Source: Anolis carolinensis
Taxonomy: Eukaryota
Length of the DNA stretch: 64,000 nt
NCBI RefSeq assembly: GCF_035594765.1
Contig: NC_085846.1
Span: forward strand, 21,749,190 to 21,813,189
Direction of reading: 5' to 3'
The notes under the pieces were generated by a model, which had not been told where the DNA came from, ran no database searches, and saw only the letters and a program-made list of their open reading frames with translations. A program made the position numbers and the translations under genes. Of the stretch, positions 11,601 to 23,350 are shown piece after piece. Numbering within the stretch: position 1 is the first letter of the stretch; every line of letters starts with the position of its first letter.

Positions 11601-11832
11601 CTTCCTCTCTAGCCCCCCCCCAAAATCTCATCCCAGTGAAACTCAAGTGTCGTTTGAGAGTTTTCCAAGCCAGACAGGCAGACAATGTCTGGAGTGGGTA
11701 CACCAAGCCAATCTCAAGGGAGTTGAGGACTTGGTGTATAGCAGGATGTTCTCCAAAGAGGGAAACAGCTTAATCCAGCAAAGAGGTGTGCTAAGGAATG
11801 TATTAACCTTTTCTTCTATCCAGAGTATAGAC

Positions 11833-12007
11833 CAGGTATGGGCAAACTTGGGCCCTCCAGGTGTTTTGGACTTCAACTCCCACCATTCCTAACAGCCTCG
11901 GGCCCCTTCCGTTTCCCCCTCAGCCGCTTAAGCGAGGCCCGAGGCTGTTAGGAATGGTGGGAGTTGAAGTCCAAAACACCTGGAGGGCCCAAGTTTGCCC
12001 ATGCCTG
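11833..12007. mobile_element. Palindromic hAT MITE, young
   Basis: ~70-bp near-perfect inverted arms; perfect TSD GTATAGAC. Confidence 0.93.
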
Positions 12008-12255
12008 GTATAGACCCAGAGCATCTCTCTTTGCAGAAACCACCTTTTTGCCACCTTTCGTCCTGTTCTTGTACCAAACACTATTCATCGCTTCCACTTC
12101 ATTTAAGCTCCTCCATTTATGGAACTAATAAAAGCTTGCCGTTTTCCCTACACAGGAAATATGCTACTTTAATTCAAATAGGATCAATCGACAAGAAGAA
12201 ATGCGAGTCTAAGCCAATCCTATTGTGTTTCTCCACATTTCAGCCGTGTTGTCAT

Positions 12256-12622
12256 GGAGCCGCGGTGGTGCAATGGGTTATACTCTTGTGCCAGCTGAAC
12301 TGTCGACCTGAAGGTTGAAGGTTCGAATCCGTAAGACAGGGTGAGCTCCTGTCAGTCAGCTCTAGCTTCCCATGCAGGGACATGAGAGAAGCCTCCCAGC
12401 AGGATGGTAACACATCCAGGCGTCCTCTGGGCAATGTCTCTGTAAACAGCTGATTCTCTCACACCAGAAGCGACTAGTCTCAATTTGCTTCTGACTTTGT
12501 AGACAGTCCATTCTTTCACACCAGAAGCAACTGGTCTCAATTTGCTTCTGACTTTGTAGACAGCCAATTCTTTCACACCAGAAGCAACTTGTCTCAATTT
12601 GCTTCTGACATGATAAAAAAAA
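12256..12622 (+). mobile_element. tRNA-head SINE with a distinct tail (possibly Vingi-derived); 3' module triplicated
   Basis: GGAGCCGCGGTGGTGCAATGG head, GGTTCGAATCC B box, 57-bp unit starting at 12441, 12498 and 12555, A-tail. Confidence 0.85.
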
Positions 12623-12837
12623 CTCTTGTGTTGTCACCACATCAATTGTTGATATTGACTTGCATGATTTGGTGAGGATTTTTTTTTATTCCTGTATGAA
12701 CATTTGTATGCATTTTTCTTCAATGTACAAATATTTGTACAAATTTCTCTGAACACACAGACTTTTCTATAGCTTTCACCCATTGATCAAAGAGTGTATT
12801 TTCCAGCTGTGTGCATTTTAGCTGGTCATATGCATAT

Positions 12838-13166
12838 GCCCCAGGTGGCACAGTGTGCTAAAGCGCTGAGCTGCTGAACTCCCGGACCAAAAGGTCCCAG
12901 GTTCAAATCCCGGGAGCGGAATGAGCGCCTGCTGTTAGCCCCAGCTCCTGCCAACCTAGCAGTTCAAAAGCGTGCAAAATGTGAGTAGATCAATAGGTAC
13001 TGCTCCGACGGGAAGATAACGGTGCTCCATGCAGTCATGCCGGTCATATGACCTTGGAGGTGTCTATGGACAATGGCGGCTCTTCGGCTTAGAAATGGAG
13101 ATGAGCACCAACCCCCAGAGTTGATCACGACTGGACTTAACGTCAAAACCTTTGCCTTTACCTTTT
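12838..13166 (+). mobile_element. Sauria SINE
   Basis: Head, B box GTTCAAATCC and ACCTTT tail. Confidence 0.9.
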
Positions 13167-13799
13167 ATGCATAGATTATACATATGCTTTTATGTGTATA
13201 TTTCTTCCTTTAAAATTATTTTCCCTACTAGCCTTGCAAATGTGCCCATTTCCAAGTCAATCTGAACTTTGTCTTAACTCTCAAGACAGATAATCTTGTC
13301 CAGAATCTTGACTGCAACAAAACGCTTTTCAATCCTCCTTCTGACAAGACAATGACCTTGTCAGTTCCTGTAGAGAGCAATGTGACAGTGTTGGGACAGG
13401 GAAGGAAGTGACAGCGGGATGGGCTTTGAAACCCATTTTGGAAGAATTCTTGAACCTCTGGAAGGTCATCGGTTATGCATCGGCGAACTACTGAAGGGGA
13501 GAACTTGACCCCCACTTCTGTTTTGCTCCAGAAACGCAAAGCCACAGGGGAACGGCACAGGTTCTTCTGAAGATGAAGACGTCTTGAAAAGAGCCTCAGA
13601 GCATCACCTTGACATTCAGAGAAGTTCATATAGAAGTCAACAGTGCTTTAGAAGCCGGCTTCCCAACCAGCATGTCAAATTTTAAAAGCATCTGCCAAAG
13701 GCTTGCATTTTGCTCAGAAATAGACCAGCATTTTTTTTTACTGTAATATAATAATATTGACGGGAAAACTTTATTGCACATGAGAGGTCCTATGTAGAT

Positions 13800-13807
13800 A
13801 TTATTGC

Positions 13808-13841
<34 letters not shown>

Positions 13842-13889
13842 ATTATTATTATTATTATTATTGTTATTATTATTATTATTATTATTATT
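13800..13889. repeat. (TGT)n(TAT)n compound microsatellite
   Basis: Direct reading. Confidence 0.95.
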
Positions 13890-13982
13890 GCAGTACAACT
13901 CTCAAAGTCAGCATGATCACTTCTGAACAGAGATTGTAAAAAACCAGAATACTTTATTAATCTTTTGCAACAAATGGGTATA

Positions 13983-14043
13983 CAGGCAGTCTCCGATTTA
14001 CATTTGACTTACAAAAAACTCCTAGGTAAGAATGGGGGGGGGG

Positions 14044-14115
<72 letters not shown>

Positions 14116-14423
14116 AAGTAATATAAAGTTACTCTTAGGAAGGGAAACTCACTCCTGAAAGAGTTATTGGGGGAAAAGGTGTCTCTCCACAGGCTTTCTT
14201 ACTAATCCTTGTTTCCTCAACAAGCCAAATTTTTCAAAATCCAATTATCACAGGGAGAGAAAGTAAGGTGAAATCTTCTGAACAGGGGCACAGACAGCAA
14301 AACAAAACCACAGGGGTGTTAAATCTTAAAAATCTTTAAAATGTACCTGTTCTGACTTATATACAAATTGAACTTAAGATTAAACCTACAGAATCTATCT
14401 TGTTAATAACTTGGGACTGCCTG
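13983..14423. mobile_element. Tc1/mariner (Tigger-like) MITE containing poly-G/(GA)n at 14034-14110
   Basis: TA|CAGGCAGTC ... GACTGCCTG|TA; homologs at 32262-32561 and 54845-55487. Confidence 0.85.
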
Positions 14424-14458
14424 TATTAGAATAATAGAGTAATAAAAAACAGTAATAA

Positions 14459-15048
14459 AGTTGGAAGATACCACATGGGCCATCCAATACAACCCTCTGC
14501 CATGCAAGAAAAGCAGAAAGTACTCCTGACAAATGGTCATCAAGTTTCTGTTTAAAAGTCTCCAGGGAAGGAGCTTCCACCACACTCAGAGGCAGAGAGT
14601 TCCACTGCTGAATAGTTCTTATAGTCAGGAAGGTCTTCTTAATGTTCAGGTGGAGTCTCTTTGAACCCATTGCTCCAAGTCCTAGTCTCCAAGGCAGCAG
14701 AAAACAAACCTGCACCCTCTTCCTTATGACACCTTTTTACATATTTATGCATGGCTATCATGTCTCCTCACAGCATTCTCTTCTGCAGGCTAAACACATC
14801 CAGCTCTTTAAGATGTTCCTCATAGGGATTCATGGTCTTCAGATCTTTGATAATTTAAGTCACCCTCCCCTGGATACCTTCCAGCTTGTCAATATCTCTT
14901 TTGAACTGTGGTACCTGGAATTGGACACAGTATTCCAGTTAAAGAGGTCTAACTAAAGCAGAAGAGAGGGATAGCATTACTTCCCTCAATTTAGACACAA
15001 TACTCCTTTTGATGCAGTCCAAAATCCCATTGGCTTTTTAAGCTGCTG
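14459..15048 (-). mobile_element. CR1 LINE 3' fragment
   Basis: Degenerate ORF2 C-terminus (LHLNIKKTFLTIRTIQQWNSLP..VVEAPSLETFKQKLD). Confidence 0.88.
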
Positions 15049-15669
15049 CAGTGTTCTGTAGTAAATATAAAGCAGTCCCATGGCAGAGTATTTTATGCAG
15101 AAAAGAGTGCCTAATTTAGAAAGTTGTGAAAATTACTATGATATACTACTTCATGCTTCTTGTTGTTAATGTTGGTGCCACCTGCCTTCCTTCTGATAGC
15201 TGAGTTACTCAGAGGAAGGTGAAATGTGATATATCCACACTTGGCAGCATTTGAAGTTTGATTAAAATATTTTAGAATATTCATAGTTTGCATTATATTA
15301 TGGCTGGCATGAAATGATCCTTATCACAGCATGTAGGCTACTGAATAATGCAAAAGTTCCACAATCAATTATCAACTATTGGAATCAAATCTAATTAATT
15401 GTCAGATGTAAGAGATATAGCATTCAACCATTATTAGATGCAACACATTTCAAAAATAATGCATGTGAAGGACTTTTTCAATAATGGTACTGAAGGAATG
15501 CTTTCCCAAAGGAAATGTATCTGGTGTTTTTCAGATGAGAAGTTAACTTTAATGTGTGTTTTTTTCCTGATGACAACCTATTCATTTTCTAGTTATTATG
15601 CCAACATTGGAAATATGTTTTTGATCCCCCATGGACATCTCCTTCAGTCAGAAAAAACTAAACTGATTA

Positions 15670-15930
15670 TTATGCAGAGGACAATTTCTTCAGCTGCCCA
15701 CAGATTGTGGAATGACCTGCCAGAAGAGCTTCATAAACTGGAGATGCGGTCTGCATTTAAAACAGCAGTAAAGCCCAGTCCAGATTGCCTTTACAATCCA
15801 GATTACTTTTAAATTATGATTTTAAAGACCTTTTTGTGTGGATTTTAATACATAGTGGTTTTATACTCTTTTCACTGATGCTATGTGCTATGTTTTTATT
15901 GATTGATAGGGAGACGGGCAAGTAAGAATA
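15670..15930 (+). mobile_element. L2/CR1-group LINE 3' remnant
   Basis: RTISSAAHRLWNDLPEEL...FKTAVK resembles the F..AAP.LWN.LP ORF2 end; T-rich UTR follows. Confidence 0.6.
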
Positions 15931-16087
15931 ATTCTTCTTTTTTGCATGTATTTCTTTTGTTAGCTGTCCAGGTTTTTTTAAATTTTAAATTGCTGTTGTA
16001 TTAAAAAGAAGTCATATTTTCTTTTTGTATTTGTGAGATATCCTGGAAATGTAGCATGACTTCCCTGGATCTAGGCACTATACTCCT

Positions 16088-16684
16088 GGCCTGCATAAAT
16101 AGGAGTATAGTGTCTAGATCCAGGGAAGTCATGCTCCCCCTCTATTCTGCTTTGGTCAGACCACACCTGGAATACTGCGTCCAATTCTGGGCACCACAAT
16201 TGAAGGAAGATGTTGACAAGCTGATATGTGTCCACAGAGGTGGGTGACTAAAATGATCAAGGGTCTGGAAAACAAGCCCTATGAGGAACGGCTTAAAGAG
16301 CTGAGCATGTTTAGCCTGCAGAAGAGAAGGTTGAGAGGAGACATGATAGCCATGTACAAATACGTGAGGGGAAGTCATAGGGAGGAGGGAGCAAGCTTGT
16401 TTTCCGCTGCCCTGGAGACTAGGATGTGGAACAATGGCTTCAAACTAGAGGAAAGGAGATTCCACTTTAACATCAGGAAGAACTTCCTCAGTGTGAGAGC
16501 TGTTTAGCCGTGGAACTCTCTGCCCCAGAGTGTGTTGGAGGCTCCTTCTTTGGAGGCTTCTAAACAGAGGCTGGATGACCACTTTTGAATGCAAATTTCC
16601 TGCTTCTTGGCAGGGGGTTGGACTGGATGGCCCACAAAGTCTCTTCCACCTCTATGGTTCCTCTTCCAACTCTATAGTTCTATG
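16088..16684 (+). mobile_element. CR1 LINE 3' fragment with 5' fold-back
   Basis: ORF2 motifs [19 protein letters not shown] and YEERLKELSMFSLQKRRLRGDMI; CR1-type 3' end. Confidence 0.93.
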
Positions 16685-19600
16685 TAACAAAATATAATGA
16701 ATGCAATCCTTACTAAATATATATGCATAAGACATCCGAAATATAAAAACAAAATCCATGGCATAACACATGAAAAATTGCCCAGAACAAAATTAGAGAT
16801 AATATATAGAGCCATGGTTTAAGTCCAATTGCTGCTCCCAGCCAGAGAAGACACATTCAATCAACAGTACATCAAAATTTAGGGAAAATCCCATTGATTA
16901 AATGGATCTACTCTAATTCAGATTAGCAATTGGATTTGGAGCTGCGTGGCATGTTAACATAATACCCTTCTGGGATATAAATGTGTATTCATCTCATTCC
17001 CAACAGTAGCTGAGGTGAATCATTCATTTATTTATCTCTGCAATTTGCAAAAAGTGAGGATTTAAAAAAATACATTGCCTTGATGAAGAATTGCACAGTT
17101 CGTTGGATAAAAACGGGAGCGGGGGAAGCAGGTTGCACAGAGTATATGACAAATCCTGCATAAACACACAAGTTTACCTAGGAAAGTGTCTTTTTCTGCA
17201 TATTTTTTTCAAAGCCTACTGCAAACATGAGGCAGATAGCACAGCATTAATGACACAGAGTATGTAAAATCAATGCAAATTGCAAAGACATTTGCATAGC
17301 ATTTGGTGGTCTTCCTTTAAATCTTCTCAGATTATGGAAAGCAGAAGCCTTTATGTTCTCGGGTCTGTGGCAAGAACTTTTGAGGAGGCTTAGCTTTCCT
17401 CAGTGAGGTTACTCACAATAGTGAGAGCTTTCTTGCAATGTTTTTGAGGATTCTTCCAGTCTTGTGGAAAAAACCCAACCTACAGAATTTTGCAATGGCA
17501 GGCCAACCATCATGAGATGAGGCCTTCTCTTTGCGGCTCAACAACTTGGCTAGATAAAGAAAGAACACTATTATTCATGCCACCTGCAAGGCGAGCAGAT
17601 TGACCCTGGCATGTGGCATCTTCAGGACTGAATTCTGCCTGCCTATATATGAATGCCAAGAATGGAGCTGGTGTCCACTTTCAAATACAGCACAACCCCT
17701 TATCCACACAATTGGTATCCATCGCTTCATTGATTCTTGTTCAAAAAAATATGCCCTCTACGCATTTTCTTAGTTCTGCACCATGACTTCATGGTATTCT
17801 TGGGCCAGAAGTCCCTTATTTCAATAGGGTCTCATGTTATCCACAACACTGAATATCCATGTGAAATCCAGAACATGTCCTCCATGGGTATGGAGGTTAT
17901 ATAGTATTACCAAAACTGATTTTATTTCAGCCACAGGATGTCCAATGGGTCGGGAACCCTATCTCAGATAGTTTCTGTCTCTTTCCCTTAATCCTGCAGC
18001 CCTTGCCTTGCCTATACTATATATAGCCTGTACACTGGACAACAAGCCACTGTAGGCCAAATATGGAAAAACAGAAGAGTTTTTTTGTTGGCATTGTCAT
18101 TCCACATGTTTCATTTATGTGCAGAATGTATTATGCAGAAAGTGGGATTAGATTAGAAGGTGCAAATTCCTCTCACTTTTCCTCTTCTTCCTCAGCTTAA
18201 TTGCTGCAAATTGAGTTCAAAACACAAAATTATTTTTCACTCAATTAACTCATCAGGAGGAAGAGAAGAAGAAAGGGTGGAATCTTGCCCTTCCCAGAAA
18301 GCACAGGCAAAAGCAAAGAGCTGCAGGCTTTCCAAATTCATTGTCTGGTTCAGAACTTTTCAAGACAAAATTCAATTGATACTAGAACTTTTATTCTTGG
18401 GATTGTTGGAAGAACAAATCAAGAAAAAAGAGAGAATTTTGCAAGATATGACTATGGTTTCTAGGCAGAAATGAGATGTATGTCTTCATGAGTAGATTTA
18501 CATATGTGACTACTAGAATTAGACAATAGTGTAATGTTGATATCCAGTAGAGGGTTGCTGTTACATTACTATATAGGGGAGTAAGCAAAGTGTCTGATAT
18601 ACACTGGTGCTCAATGCATCCCTGGGCATCACCTCTGATGCACATCATATTTGTTCTGATGCACACTGGGCATTGATGCTCATTGGACATTCTTGGTGAT
18701 GTACCGTTACACCTCTTCTCAATTTAGTAAAGGGGTTTCTTAGTGCCTCTGGTACATAGCTAGGTATATGTAAAGGTATAAAACACAAGAATGCATAGAA
18801 AATTCTAATATGAATTTTAAACACTCAGTTGAAATTTAAATTACAAAATCAACCCCTGTATCTATGGGACCAGTACGTGCCGTTTCATTTAGCATCTTCC
18901 AGCAAAAATGCCCTGTGCTCCAGGCATTTCTAAGTCCTCCAGTGGGACTTTATGGTATTTTCAAGCTGGACATCCTTCATTTCAATAGGTGGTGTTGTTA
19001 TCTGCAGTTTCACATATCCATGAAGCCCAGGAACATATTCCCCATAGATTCGGGGATCATAATGCACTGCAATGCTAGAAATTTGGAGACATTGTCCTTC
19101 CCCCCAGCTACACCATCAGATGCCATCTTTTAATTGTCCCCTATCCATATCTATTCCAGTAGAACTCTTGATTACTAGTTCTTGCATTACCGAGACAACA
19201 GGAATACCATTCTTATTATTATTATGCCTTCTATTTAAGACTGCCTGTACTCTAAATCTCCACGGCCACGTGTTGCTAGATGCTACATTACCACCAGACT
19301 GCTATGCCAAAAAGGGAGCAGAGAGGTGAGGCTCCAGAGAGAGATGCAGGGAGGGCATTCACCATAGCAACAGAGTGCTCCAAAGAAAAGGGACATTGCT
19401 ACTGCTTGCCTACAATGTACATATTATAGTGGAGGCAAGGAGCATCACTGAGTAGAAGCAGCAGATTGCGTGACCTGGGAGGAGGTAAAAAGATGGCACA
19501 AGTGGGTGGATGCAGGAAAGGAACCCTTGAAATGGGTATCTTTATTCCACAGGTTCCAAGCCATCTCTGAAAACCCTGTATCACAGTCCCTATTTGTCCC

Positions 19601-19970
19601 CTCCTCACTGCTACAAAACTGGCTGCATCTGCAGCTGCCACCATCACTGCATCCATGCTTCTGAAATTGCAGTAGTTTCCTCCAGTGTCTTCCTTTCCTG
19701 TCACTTAAGTATGCTCCATCCTGCAATATGCAGCAGAAGGTACTCTAGCAAGTAATGTGTTGCAGGTGTTACCATTATCTGGAACTATAAAATGTTATGG
19801 GGAATTATGGTCCCCTTGCCTTATTTTTCTTATCCAGCACCATCATCCTCCCCTTCGTCCTCCTGAATAGGTTTTAAACATATTTGCCTGATGAGGAAAC
19901 ATTGATTTTAAAGGCTAGCACACTGAGATCTGGGGAGCTTTTTAATTAGTATGACAGCAATGTGCATGTA

Positions 19971-20170
19971 TGTGTGTGCCTTCAAATTGGCTGTCAATTT
20001 ATGGCAATCTCTGGAATTTAATAGGGTTTTCTTAGGCAAAGAATACTCAGAGGTGGCTTGTCATTTCCTTCCTATAGCCTATAGCACCTACAATTCATTG
20101 GTGGTTTCCCATTTAAGCACTAACCAAGACTGGCTTGACTTATATTTCAATGTTGGATGGGAACATTTAG
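19971..20170 (-). mobile_element. 5S rRNA-derived SINE with RTE-like tail, decayed
   Basis: 20083-20165 resembles antisense 5S rRNA (agcacc...ggtttcccatttaagcactaaccaag); 19971-20075 resembles the tail of the CORE-type SINEs. Confidence 0.6.
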
Positions 20171-22934
20171 TATTTTTAGACCTTATGATAAAGAATGATT
20201 TGGGCTTTGAAATATGTTTGATCTGTTACTTTTTCTTGTTAAAAAGTGGCAATCTGCCTCTCCAAATAACGAGCAATATAACAGGTCATGAAACATGGTT
20301 GGAAATTCTAACAAGCCTGTTGGGAAGGCTTTGTAGTGAGTTACATTATGAATTTCTTACCAAAAGTAACTCTCAGAGCTTGGTGAATTTGGGCAGGAAC
20401 TGCAGCGGCAAGAAAGCCAGAGGCAAGGACCACATTTCTGCACCAAAGGAGCATTCATTCAGTGGTGATACAGACTCCCAGAAAGTGTTAAGTGTGGCCC
20501 CACACATCTTTCAGACACATCAAGAGGTGAGATTAGTTCTATGCTCATACATTGGTAGGGTTTCCAGGTGCCCCTTATTATGAACAATGTCCCCTATAGG
20601 AAGTCTGGAAAGTTTTTCCTTTTATGAAGACGGAATGAAATCCCCCCAAAAATCTGTATTTTGCAGTGCAGATCCCTACATAAACATAGAACTGCGTGCT
20701 TCAATTTATGAATATGGACAATATGCTAATTTTACATAGAAATGCATGGCTAAGTTAACTGAAATTGATACTTTCATTTGGTATTTTGGTAGAACATGAG
20801 CTCGTTAATAGCTACAATTAATATTTAATATTAATATTTTTACTGCTGTCAGCTCTGCATGTCATGAATTTCAACTGCTTCTCAGTGCTATTTTGAAAAC
20901 CTGGCAATACTATAATAAGGGTAGGAAAAATCATAGCACTCCACATGTTGATAACTGCAATGTCCATCATATCTCAACATTGCCTATTCTGACTAAGAGT
21001 GATGGAATCTCAGCCAAATAACATTTGGAGAGACTCGCAATTTTTATCCCTGATATATGTCCCTAGAATTCCAACATTTTATTTTGTTTTTCAGCTCAGG
21101 AAACTTTGGTGCCTTTGGACTGTTTACACTTTCGAATTCTGTGAAGTTGAAGTATCCCTAGTGTGACAGAGGATATCTACCTTTCCAACCTCTCCACCAA
21201 ATTGATTATACTTTCTAATATTCCACAGATTAAATGTTAGACGCAGGATGCTTGTGGTCAAGCTACATCCCAGTGAGGCCAAGATGACAAAAGTTATTGA
21301 GGAAGAAGACACAAGCCAGGAAATGCTGCAGCAATTTGCTTTTGCCTAAGCCTAAGGCGAGGGGGGGGCAATAAATAGGATTTTGCTCCCTCCTGTCTTA
21401 TCCCTGAATTCATTAAGTGCAAATTTTGTTTGGAATTTGCAGCAACTGAATATGCCAAGGACAAAGGGAGGAAGTGGAAGGAGGAGAGAAAAACCTGCAC
21501 ATTTTAAAAGCAGCTGGAAAAGTGGAAGGCAGATTATTAATAAGGCCTCCCTCTGCAAAATTGGGACCGTTGAACCAGGAAGCACTCAGCAAGCAAAAAT
21601 GTTGAAAATCATGTCCTTCCCCCAAGCAGTGCACATGCCATTTACAGGTGACACATATGGTTACAATAAGGTGGATGTAAATCCACTTTCCTGCCCAGCT
21701 CTCTCTTCGCCTTTTTGAAAATGTGCCCTTGAACCCCCAATATAGCATCCAAGCAATTTCACACATATAACAGATGTAGGCATGTGTCAATGGCGCTTCT
21801 GCCATAGTGTGTGAAATCTGATAGCGGCTCTCCTGCCAAGGTCTTCTCAAATACAGACCAAATCCATCAGTGGTGTCGGTTTGTCTCTGTTCCCCTTTGG
21901 GCTGTTTTCTTTCCCCAATTTTCTGCCCATGAAACCAGCTGTGTTTCCTTTCTGTTCCCCGTGTCTTGCTGCTGTTCTGTGTCTTGAGGTGGCACTTTGA
22001 TAGGATTGTGCCTAATTGCTTTAATGTTGCCTTTGGGGATCCTTTTGTCCCAGAAATGGAAGATACCGAAAGACCGACAAAGGAGAGGGGAAGGAGGACA
22101 ACAAGTGAGTAGAGATCTATATTTGCGGAAGGATTCGGGGGGAGTCAATGACACCACCTTCCCCTGATGAGACCATTTTCTTTCATGTATTTCTGTTCTT
22201 TCCTTCTGAAAACATACAAGAGTTATAGGATTCATTCTTCACTGTGGGCTTATGAAACAGTACATCAATCCCAGGGGAGCAGTCAGAGTTCATCTTGTGC
22301 CTTGCCTCCCAAACTAGAAATCTTAACAGAGAAAGACACAAAGCTTGCATGAAAAAGAAACCCACGTGATATGAGGGCTGAGAAAAAGTTTCCATGAGGA
22401 TATTGAGAGTTGGGGAAACAGATCTTATTGGACTTCATTTCCCACCAGCCCTACCACCATGGCCATTGGCGAAAAAGGATGGGAGTTGTTGCTCAGTATC
22501 TGAAGAAAATGGTCCCCCATTCACACAATACAATTATAGTATTATTATTGCCCTTTAACTTCCATGATTTTGTCTCATGCAATCCTGGGATTTTAAGTTT
22601 AGGGAGGGGAATTTTGAATTCTCAGTCAGAATTCTCCATTGCCTTCAGAAAACTACACATTCCAGGATTCCATAGGATGGAACCATGACAGTTAGGATGG
22701 AATAATTGTGCTGTAATTGTGTTGAAAGCGCAAGCCCCTAGTTTTAGAAAGAGGAGAAATGAAGCATGACTCAAGATGTGGACAACTTGGAGAAAGAGGA
22801 CCAACATTTATCTTCCTCCCTTACAATACTTTCATAGTTCCAAAGTCATCCATTAGGAGCTGAATGGTAGAAGATACTTGGCAAATACAAGAATGTCTTC
22901 ATACAACAAAGCATTAAGATGTAGAGATTGCTTT

Positions 22935-23350
22935 ATTAGGATTCCTTATAGTAGGAAGGGATTCAAAGGACCACCATATCCAACCTCCTGCCTATACAGG
23001 AATCCACTGCTAAACCACCTCTAAAAGATGGCCATTCAACTCTATACCCCAGGATCTGATTCCAGGTTTTCTGCAACTGGATTATATGGGTCCCCACTGC
23101 CAGATAATCTGGGATAAACAGAAAACTTGGGATCAGATCCTGGGATATAGGGCCTGTCTGGAAGGGCCCTAAGAAACCTCTAATGATGGATGAGTCCATC
23201 ACCTTCTGTGATAGTCTATTTTGCTGTCAAACAACTCTTACAACCAGGAAGTTCTTCCTAATGTTTAGATGGAATCTCCTTTATTGTAACATGAATTATT
23301 GCCTCAGAAGCTACTATCTGGATCAGCAAAAAACAAATTCACTGTGTCTT
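22935..23350 (-). mobile_element. CR1 3' fragment interrupted by a Harbinger-like MITE (~23040-23169)
   Basis: ccaggaagttcttcctaatgtttagatggaatctc is shared with the other CR1 copies; the insert ends GAAGGGCCC|TAA. Confidence 0.65.

Noticed and set aside
13228-13629. 133-aa minus-strand ORF
   Set aside because: No recognisable domain; length is compatible with chance in 64 kb.
13626-13898. Poly-Asn ORF (and poly-Leu/Tyr/Ile ORFs at 59035-59348 and 63026-63250)
   Set aside because: Translations of trinucleotide microsatellites.
20083-20165. 5S rRNA gene
   Set aside because: Heavily diverged and fused to a retroposon tail; it is a SINE head. The tRNA-like boxes in the window are likewise SINE heads, not tRNA genes.
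19951-20583. 210-aa plus-strand ORF
   Set aside because: The first third is antisense SINE sequence; the rest has no recognisable motif or splice support.
21229-21349. VRRRML resemblance to the C19orf81 C-terminus
   Set aside because: Six-residue match from memory only; flanking residues disagree and no other exons were found.
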